From a virus: a DNA stretch of 41,992 nt. Position numbers and translations under genes: made by a program. Below are positions 33,116 to 39,151 of this stretch, piece by piece. Where the stretch lies: IMG/VR virus record IMGVR_UViG_3300033753_000082; one strand, 5' to 3'. The notes under the pieces were generated by a model. That model was not told where the DNA came from. It saw nothing but the letters and a program-made list of their open reading frames with translations, and did no database searches. Numbering within the stretch: the stretch's first letter is position 1; the number at the start of each line of letters is the position of its first letter.

Positions 33116-33520
33116 ATGAAAGGCATGTTTTCAGACGCAGAACTAAACCAGCTAGCTAGTAGGCGAGCCCTCCGGACGCTCGCTTACGTCATGCTGGCTG
33201 TAGCGGGTGTCTGCGCCTTTTTCGTGGCGCCAAGGACTCTAAACTCAGTCATTGGTCTCATGACCTGGGCCTGGGCTGCCTTCCTACTAGTGGGAGGCAC
33301 CTTGAGCGCCGTCGGATCGATCTTCGATCGCTGGATTGGTGAGTTCGCAGGCATCCCGCTTCTGACGAGCGCGCTTGCTGTCTACGGAACGGCACTTATA
33401 ACCGCAGGGCGGACGGCCGCCGCTGGTGCGGTTGGTTGCCTCATGTGGGCACTGGCGCTCTCACTTTTCGGCCGCTGGCGAGATGTACGGGGACTCGTCA
33501 CGGCCGCCCCCACCAAGTAG
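33116..33520 (+). CDS. Integral membrane protein (about 4 TM helices)
   Basis: Hydrophobic segments LAYVMLAVAGVCAFFV, LMTWAWAAFLLVGGTL, IPLLTSALAVYGTALI, GAVGCLMWALALSLF. Confidence 0.7.
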   Translation: MKGMFSDAELNQLASRRALRTLAYVMLAVAGVCAFFVAPRTLNSVIGLMTWAWAAFLLVGGTLSAVGSIFDRWIGEFAGIPLLTSALAVYGTALITAGRTAAAGAVGCLMWALALSLFGRWRDVRGLVTAAPTK

Positions 33521-33550
33521 GCCCTAGACGAGACGCAGGCGGTTCTAGGC

Positions 33551-33835
33551 ATGGACATTGACGTGGAGACGTTACTAACTCTCCTACTCGGCGCAGGTGG
33601 GGCGGGATTCCTCTCCGCTCTGTTCTCCGGCATCCGTGCCCTCCAGCGAGGCGTGGCCAGCCGCACTCGCGAGGGCATAGCTGACTTGGCCCGGTGGCGG
33701 GACGAGGCCAACGACGCGAGAGAGCGGGCGGAGCGCAGCCGCGATGCGTGGCGGATGTACGCGGCTCAGCTTGAGTACCAGATCCTCAGCTCTGGCGGGA
33801 CCCTTCCACCAGGTGCGACTCGGCCTGAGGACTGA
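33551..33835 (+). CDS. Membrane-anchored coiled-coil protein (N-terminal TM)
   Basis: LLTLLLGAGGAGFLSALFSGI followed by a charged helix. Confidence 0.65.
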   Translation: MDIDVETLLTLLLGAGGAGFLSALFSGIRALQRGVASRTREGIADLARWRDEANDARERAERSRDAWRMYAAQLEYQILSSGGTLPPGATRPED

Positions 33836-33852
33836 CCCTCCCTCCTCTAAAC

Positions 33853-33894
33853 AAAAGGCCCTCGGGGCTCGGTGACGAGCCTCGGGGGCCTTTT
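33853..33894. terminator. Strong bidirectional intrinsic terminator ending the late operon
   Basis: 15-bp stem GGCCCTCGGGGCTCG/CGAGCCTCGGGGGCC (two G-U), GTGA loop, flanked by AAAA and TTTTGTGTTTT. Confidence 0.9.
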
Positions 33895-34101
33895 GTGTTT
33901 TAGGTCACATCCTAGAACGCTCTCTAACGGCCTAACGCGGGCGTCCGAGGGTGATTTCCCTTGGCTGACTTACGGACCGCTTAGCAAGCGCTTACCTGTG
34001 TTTCCGCAGGTAAGGAGGCCTTGACGTGTCCGAGTTGGCGTTGTTCGTTGGTGTCCGTAAGTTCGTGACCCAACCGTTACCAAATTCCTTGCTCTCCCGA
34101 C

Positions 34102-34130
34102 TTGCACGACGTGAGTTGGCATGCCATAGT
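34102..34130 (+). promoter_or_regulatory. Early promoter TTGCAC-17-CATAGT
   Basis: ACTTG/AGTTG/AGTTA at 34100/34114/34128; ATAGTTAAG shared with the promoters at 5283 and 6906. Confidence 0.65.
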
Positions 34131-34319
34131 TAAGCCATCACCCGGACGGGATGAAGTTCCGGGAAGCAGATTGACAACCGAATGAGCGCGGCTCCCGCAC
34201 AGGGTGGGGTGGCTCCCAAAGAGCACCGGTCCTGGCTTTGCCCGGCCCCGATGGCGGAGTGGCTTACGCGACACCTTAGACACACAGACTTCGCCCCTGC
34301 GCCTTGCGTGGGGGCACTT

Positions 34320-34398
34320 GGGGCCGACTTGGTGTCGACAGCGCTCTACGGCCGCACGCGGCAAGCGCTGGAAGAGGGTTCAACTCCCTCCGGCTCCA
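34320..34398 (+). ncRNA. tmRNA-like tRNA-like domain without an mRNA-like domain (TLD-only mini-tmRNA candidate)
   Basis: Acceptor GGGGCCG/CGGCTCC (7 bp, G3:U70) plus discriminator A. T-arm GAGGG-TTCAACT-CCCTC. 5' strand followed by AC-TTGGTGTCGAC. A 6-bp AGCGCT/AGCGCT helix capped by a GC hairpin replaces the D and anticodon arms. Confidence 0.55.
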
Positions 34399-34427
34399 CG
34401 CAACCAACTAACACTTAGGAGGCACCA

Positions 34428-34745
34428 ATGGTCGTAGAGACCGCCACCTACACCCACACCTACTACACACTCACGGGTGAGGCTCGCGTCTATGAGCTGA
34501 GCTTCCCCTTCACCTACTACGCCGTCTACGGGGACGAGCACCGGACGGAGAAAGGCGAAACAAACTACATCGTCGCCATCTCCGCCCCTCGCCTCCGTGG
34601 AGGCGAACACACGACGCGCACCTTCCCGGCGGACCGTGACGGCAACGTCCTGGTCTGGGAGGCAGCGTCGACCATCCCACACATTGCACACGCCGAGTCC
34701 GTGAGGGACCTCGGATACGTGCCCATCGGTGACCCCGGGGACTGA
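34428..34745 (+). CDS. Hypothetical protein
   Basis: Strong RBS TTAGGAGG; 105-aa ORF. Confidence 0.8.
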   Translation: MVVETATYTHTYYTLTGEARVYELSFPFTYYAVYGDEHRTEKGETNYIVAISAPRLRGGEHTTRTFPADRDGNVLVWEAASTIPHIAHAESVRDLGYVPIGDPGD

Positions 34746-34756
34746 CCCTCGGGGCT

Positions 34757-34794
34757 AGCGGCCCTCGCACCTGGCAACGGGTGCGGGGGCCGCT
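34757..34794 (+). terminator. Intrinsic terminator
   Basis: 15-bp stem AGCGGCCCTCGCACC/GGTGCGGGGGCCGCT (one G-U), then CTTTAGG. Confidence 0.7.
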
Positions 34795-34842
34795 CTTTAG
34801 GCGCCCAACGTAACGACGGTCCACTACCTAACAGGACACCCC

Positions 34843-35028
34843 ATGAACTACAACCACTACACAGACGCTGACGGCTACTCCTGGACACCGTACCTAGTCA
34901 TGGCATGCGGGCACTGCGAATACGGGATGCCACATCTAATCCGCTCTGACGGCCAGTACGTCATGTGCGCGTGGTGCAAGCACGTGGACGAGATGCACGT
35001 CGACACATACGCCAGGAGGATCTCATGA
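34843..35028 (+). CDS. Hypothetical zinc-finger protein (61 aa)
   Basis: CGHC...CAWCKH; weak RBS. Confidence 0.6.
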   Translation: MNYNHYTDADGYSWTPYLVMACGHCEYGMPHLIRSDGQYVMCAWCKHVDEMHVDTYARRIS

Positions 35029-35123
35029 AGTCGCTCGGATACGCAATCTACGGAATTACCTTCGCGGCGGTTGCCGCCATCGTTCTATGGTTCCCGGCAA
35101 TCATCGGCCGGGCGACTTTCTGA
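35025..35123 (+). CDS. Single-pass membrane micro-protein (32 aa), not in the ORF track
   Basis: ATGA overlap with the previous stop, AGGAGGA 4 nt upstream; MKSLGYAIYGITFAAVAAIVLWFPAIIGRATF*. Confidence 0.55.
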   Translation: MKSLGYAIYGITFAAVAAIVLWFPAIIGRATF

Positions 35124-35133
35124 GAGGGCAGAC

Positions 35134-35280
35134 GTGGAACCCGTGATCCCAGTCGCGAGCACCTTAGACATGATGCCCGGCGTCCGTCCAGACGAGATCG
35201 TTCTTATCTGGCAAACGACGTCAGGACAGCTTGTGTCCGCAGTCACGACGATCACCGAAATCTCAGGAGAGGAAATCTAA
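35134..35280 (+). CDS. Hypothetical protein (48 aa)
   Basis: GTG within ORF 35071..35280 after GAGAGGG; start uncertain. Confidence 0.45.
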   Translation: MEPVIPVASTLDMMPGVRPDEIVLIWQTTSGQLVSAVTTITEISGEEI

Positions 35281-35501
35281 TGCTGACCCATGTTCCGAGT
35301 GCAGGGTTCGCTACCCAGTGCCCACGCTGCCGACGCTTCAACGGGTGGTACCCATACGAGGCCGCTGCTGAACACGCGGCCGCTGACGCTGGCTGGCACG
35401 CGCTACCTGATTACCAATGGATATGCCCTGGCTGCAAAAAGGAGACAGACGTCCTGTGCTATTGCTGCGGGGAATCTGAGTACGAAAACAACTGCGAGTG
35501 A
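35280..35501 (+). CDS. Hypothetical zinc-ribbon protein
   Basis: TAATG overlap; CPRC...CPGC...CYCCG. Confidence 0.7.
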   Translation: MLTHVPSAGFATQCPRCRRFNGWYPYEAAAEHAAADAGWHALPDYQWICPGCKKETDVLCYCCGESEYENNCE

Positions 35502-35510
35502 GGAGGTCTA

Positions 35511-36095
35511 ATGCTTATCGGGCTGACCGGCTATGCGCGGGTTGGTAAGGATACCGCAGGACGGATCCTGGCGGAGAGGTACGGACTCAAGCGGTATGCC
35601 TTCGCAGACAAGCTGCGGGAGTTTGTGTATTACCTCAATCCGCTAGTTATCGCTAGGGATGACAATTGTCTCGCACCTCTGCGTGAGGTGGTTGACCTGT
35701 ATGGGTGGGACGAGGTTAAAGATCGTTTCCCGCTGGCTCGCGCCTATTTACAGGATGTTGGGGTCTGGTTTCGGAAGAATGTTGAGGAGGATTATTGGGT
35801 CAGGATCGTTGCCCAGAACTGGCTTCTGGACGGTAAACCTAACGCGGTGATTACTGACGTCCGTTTCCCTAACGAGGTTTCGTGGGTGCGGAGTAACCAG
35901 GGTGTCATCGTACGTGTCAACCGGGACGGGTACGGACCGGTTAACGGACACGAGTCAGAGAAGGCTCACGAGCTTCCCTGCGATCTTGAGATCACAAACC
36001 CCGGATCGCTAGATGGGTTTACCGCTGAGCTTTCCAAGGTGTTTCCAAAGATTAGGGACATCGCGTTCACGAGGTTGGTTGATGCGTCGTATTGA
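35511..36095 (+). CDS. Deoxynucleoside monophosphate kinase-like P-loop kinase
   Basis: P-loop GLTGYARVGKDT at the N-terminus, ITDVRFPNE, HESE; strong RBS GAGGAGG. Confidence 0.7.
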   Translation: MLIGLTGYARVGKDTAGRILAERYGLKRYAFADKLREFVYYLNPLVIARDDNCLAPLREVVDLYGWDEVKDRFPLARAYLQDVGVWFRKNVEEDYWVRIVAQNWLLDGKPNAVITDVRFPNEVSWVRSNQGVIVRVNRDGYGPVNGHESEKAHELPCDLEITNPGSLDGFTAELSKVFPKIRDIAFTRLVDASY

Positions 36096-36393
36096 TACAG
36101 ACTCTACGGACCCATACCTTGCCCGGTTTCAGGAGCGCTGCCGCGCCTATGCGGCGGCTCTCGTCCCGTATTCAGAGGACGATGTTATTTGGGACGCCGG
36201 GATGACCTTCCTGGATCTGGGAGAATTCGCTGAAGGTGTCGTTAGGCACCTGGACGGAATTAACCTCGTCCTCAAGACGAAATACCCGGACGCTGAGAGG
36301 CCCGAAATTGCGACGGCCGACTATCTGATTGGCGCCAAGGACGCGCTTGAGCAAGTGTTGAGGAATCTGATTCTCAAGCCTGAGGAGGATTGA
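36082..36393 (+). CDS. Hypothetical protein
   Basis: Internal ATG of ORF 36013..36393, giving a 14-nt overlap with the kinase gene. Confidence 0.65.
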   Translation: MRRIDTDSTDPYLARFQERCRAYAAALVPYSEDDVIWDAGMTFLDLGEFAEGVVRHLDGINLVLKTKYPDAERPEIATADYLIGAKDALEQVLRNLILKPEED

Positions 36394-36501
36394 GTGGTGA
36401 TTGAGGTTTCGCTTGACGAGCTTATTGAACATGGGTTCGATATTGAGGACCCGTTAGCTGAGGCTGAGTTTCGGGCCGTTGAGAACCGCATGAGCTACTG
36501 A
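36394..36501 (+). CDS. Hypothetical acidic micro-protein (35 aa), not in the ORF track
   Basis: GTG after GAGGAGGA; hand translation VVIEVSLDELIEHGFDIEDPLAEAEFRAVENRMSY*. Confidence 0.45.
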   Translation: MVIEVSLDELIEHGFDIEDPLAEAEFRAVENRMSY

Positions 36502-36513
36502 GGAGGATGACGA

Positions 36514-37359
36514 GTGACTCTCCCCGCACTGGCGCGGCATAGGCAGGGTGGCGGCCGCGTCTACACCCATCCGCTGACTGACGAGCAAGTTCCATCGGTG
36601 ACGACTATCACCGGGTACAAGGACAAATCCAAGGCGCTTATCGGATGGGCGGTCAAGCACACTGCCAACGCCGCTATCGCTCGGTTTGAGGAACTTGTGA
36701 AGCTGGCAGAGGAGGACCCGCAGTACGCACTGAGAATCCTAACGCGAGAGTACGGCACCAAGACCGCTCGTGAGCGCGCCGCTCGGGAGCTTAAGAACGC
36801 CCGCTACGAGGCGAAGGTTCCCGGTACAGAACTGTCTCCGAGCGACTTGGGGACTGAGATCCACCAAGCAATTGAGGACGACATTAACGGTCGGACTCCG
36901 ATGCTCCCGAAGGGAGGCGAGGGATATTTCCGTCAGTGGCGGGCTTTCCAGAACCGGTTCAACGTGGACTGGCAGCTCACTGAGGTAACGGTGTGGAATC
37001 GGACTCTCGGATACGCCGGGACGCTCGACCTCGGCGGAGTGTTCCGCAACGGCAAGTTCTATCTGATTGACATTAAGACTGGCAATGGCGTCTACCCCGA
37101 GTACGCGATGCAGCTAGAGGCGCTATCGCGGGCAGAATTCATTCTGACTACAGAAGGAGAGGAACTGCCCATTCCGCAGATTCACGCTATGGGGATTCTG
37201 CACCTGCAACCAGACTTCTGGGAGCTTCACGAGGTCAAGCGCAACGAGCAAACCTGGCGTGCTTTCCTCGGGCTTCTAGAGGTTCGGAGATGGGACGAGC
37301 GCGACGCGTCGCTAGTGCTCGGTGCTCGGGTCAAGGGAAGCGCTGAGGAGGCAGCATGA
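36514..37359 (+). CDS. PD-(D/E)XK exonuclease (RecB/Cas4-like)
   Basis: GYAGTLD...YLIDIKTG...YPEYAMQLEA fits the D...(D/E)xK...QxxxY nuclease motifs; GTG start after GAGGAGGA. Confidence 0.7.
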   Translation: MTLPALARHRQGGGRVYTHPLTDEQVPSVTTITGYKDKSKALIGWAVKHTANAAIARFEELVKLAEEDPQYALRILTREYGTKTARERAARELKNARYEAKVPGTELSPSDLGTEIHQAIEDDINGRTPMLPKGGEGYFRQWRAFQNRFNVDWQLTEVTVWNRTLGYAGTLDLGGVFRNGKFYLIDIKTGNGVYPEYAMQLEALSRAEFILTTEGEELPIPQIHAMGILHLQPDFWELHEVKRNEQTWRAFLGLLEVRRWDERDASLVLGARVKGSAEEAA

Positions 37360-37538
37360 CAAGGCAAGTCGCTTGGTCTAGCGGCGGATACAACTACGGA
37401 GTCGCCTACCACAAGGGCACAGTGGCGGTAATCCAAAACAAAGACGGCCGCGAGATTGGTCGGATCGTCCTCCCACCAGATGACGCTCGCTACCTGGCCC
37501 AGTGGATCGCGAAGGTTTCCGAGGAGGATGGTGCCTAG
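37356..37538 (+). CDS. Hypothetical protein
   Basis: ATGA overlap start; 60 aa. Confidence 0.65.
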   Translation: MTRQVAWSSGGYNYGVAYHKGTVAVIQNKDGREIGRIVLPPDDARYLAQWIAKVSEEDGA

Positions 37539-37968
37539 CCTCGGATTCTTTGTCCCCGGCGTACCGGTACAACAAGGAAGCAAGGTAGCGGGAAAGAGGC
37601 GAGACGGGAAGCTCTATCTGCGCGAGTCGGCTAAGGGTCACAAGGCCTGGCGCAGGGCCGTTAAAGAGGCTGCGGAGGCTGCGCTACTGGCGAGCGATGA
37701 ATGGGAGGCCGGCTATGACGGTCCCGTGGAGCTTTCCCTAACGTTCTACTTCCCCGTAATATCGTCGGGCCGATACTGGAAAACTACGGCTCCCGATCTG
37801 TCAAAATTAGTCCGAGCTATTGAGGACTCACTAACAGACGCGGGTGTCTACCGGGACGACTCGCGAATCGTCCGATACCGAGACGTGGAAAAAGTCCACG
37901 GGCCTATAACCGGCGCGAGCATTCGCGTTCGGGCCATCGAAACCGCTAAGGAAGAGGAGACAAACTAA
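37528..37968 (+). CDS. rusA: RusA-family Holliday junction resolvase
   Basis: FFVPGVPVQQGSK and PDLSKLVRAIEDSLTDAGVYRDDSRIV match the RusA signature; exact start (ATG 37528 or GTG 37531) uncertain. Confidence 0.85.
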   Translation: MVPSLGFFVPGVPVQQGSKVAGKRRDGKLYLRESAKGHKAWRRAVKEAAEAALLASDEWEAGYDGPVELSLTFYFPVISSGRYWKTTAPDLSKLVRAIEDSLTDAGVYRDDSRIVRYRDVEKVHGPITGASIRVRAIETAKEEETN

Positions 37969-38408
37969 TGGGGATGCTGGACAAGCTGATGAGCGAGACC
38001 GCCGACGCTGCGCCGACGGGCGGCCTGTTGGACAGGCTTGAGCAGGGCTCCAACGTGGAGTCTACCAAGTGGCAGCCTCACAAGGAGCCGTCGCAGCCTA
38101 AGGGCATCGAGGGGAAGGTCGTTGACGCGTACGAGATTGACGGGGAGTACGCAGACCCGGCCACCGGTGAGATCCCTCGTATCCCGTGCCTGATCATCGC
38201 GGGCGTTGACGGCACCACGTGGGGCGTCCGGGGGTACCACAAGATCCTCCGCGAGGAGATCAAGAAGAAGTCCCCGACCGTCGGTGACACGATCGCGATC
38301 CTCTACGTCGGAGAGAAGAAGTCGCAGGTTCGCGGCCGCAAGCCAGCGCACGTCTACCGCGTCGCGGTGGCGAAGGCTGCTCCGAACGACGGCGGTCCTG
38401 GGTTCTAG
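37968..38408 (+). CDS. Hypothetical protein
   Basis: TAATG overlap; 146 aa. Confidence 0.75.
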   Translation: MGMLDKLMSETADAAPTGGLLDRLEQGSNVESTKWQPHKEPSQPKGIEGKVVDAYEIDGEYADPATGEIPRIPCLIIAGVDGTTWGVRGYHKILREEIKKKSPTVGDTIAILYVGEKKSQVRGRKPAHVYRVAVAKAAPNDGGPGF

Positions 38409-38424
38409 TCGCTAACCAATCTGG

Positions 38425-38452
38425 GGCAGGGGGCCGACGCTGGCTCCCTGCC
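38425..38452 (+). terminator. Intrinsic terminator
   Basis: 11-bp stem GGCAGGGGGCC/GGCTCCCTGCC (one G-U), then TCTTTTTGG. Confidence 0.85.
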
Positions 38453-38483
38453 TCTTTTTGGTGGGCGAAAGTGAGGAGAAAAC

Positions 38484-38972
38484 ATGCTGCAAGTGACTAG
38501 AGCTTGGTGTTACGGAGTGGCCAGGGAACGGGTGGAGGACGAGTATCTACGCCAAGACCTGGCGCAGGAGGCGTTTATTGCCGCGTGGCAGGCGAGCCAG
38601 AAGGGCCTCGGCGGTGGTGCGCAGGCCAAGAAAGCACGCTGGAGGATTTCAGATCTTCTGCGTGGGGAGGCCACCTGGTTTGGTTCGACTGGCGGCCATG
38701 GTGTAACCCACGCAAAACCGGTTTATGTTTCTGACTATTCGTTGTGGAAGGACGAGTCTGTGTCGGCCGTTGATCTAGACACCCGCTTGGATATTCAGCG
38801 GGCAATGAAAAAGCTTTCACCCACACACCGGAGGATAGTCTACCTGAGGGTTTGGGAAGACAAGACGCTGAGTCAAATCGCAGAGATCATGGGTCCTGGC
38901 TGGCGGCGGCTGGACAAGATTCGCAAGCACTGGGAAGACGCTATTTCTACGTTGCGAGAGGAGTTGGCGTGA
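38484..38972 (+). CDS. Phage-encoded ECF-like sigma factor (regions 2 and 4)
   Basis: DLAQEAFIAAWQ (region 2-like) and LSPTHRRIVYLRVWEDKTLSQIAEIMG (region 4 HTH). Confidence 0.75.
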   Translation: MLQVTRAWCYGVARERVEDEYLRQDLAQEAFIAAWQASQKGLGGGAQAKKARWRISDLLRGEATWFGSTGGHGVTHAKPVYVSDYSLWKDESVSAVDLDTRLDIQRAMKKLSPTHRRIVYLRVWEDKTLSQIAEIMGPGWRRLDKIRKHWEDAISTLREELA

Positions 38973-39151
38973 AGGTTTTCATCCGGGATGGCGACTCGTG
39001 GCGATTCGTCCCAGGGCCGGCGGATCTGGCAGGGAAGCGTGGCGACCTGTTGGTAGTTGGCGAGGCGGACGAGGCAACCGCTAGCCGCTGGGCGGCTGAG
39101 ATCGGCATCGCGGTTGCCCTGGGTGCGAACGTGTTTAGAGAGGAGGGCTAG
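38969..39151 (+). CDS. Hypothetical protein (60 aa)
   Basis: GTGA overlap with the sigma stop, RBS GAGAGGAG. Confidence 0.6.
   Translation: MKVFIRDGDSWRFVPGPADLAGKRGDLLVVGEADEATASRWAAEIGIAVALGANVFREEG

Noticed and set aside
34026-34133. 35-aa ORF (GTG 34026) with a good AAGGAGG 7 nt upstream
   Set aside because: The SD is sequestered in an 8-bp hairpin (CTTACCTG/CAGGTAAG, about 33991-34014). Codon usage looks AT-rich and unlike neighbouring genes. The ORF ends inside promoter 34102-34130. It is possibly a regulatory uORF, but support is insufficient to annotate.
34182-34418. 78-aa ORF (MSAAPAQGGV...) covering the leader and the tmRNA-like element
   Set aside because: It has no Shine-Dalgarno sequence in a genome where nearly all genes have GAGGAGG. 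The predicted protein is low-complexity. The region also folds into a precise acceptor/T-arm structure. It was treated as non-coding, but coding is not formally excluded; the evolutionary test is given in the finding.
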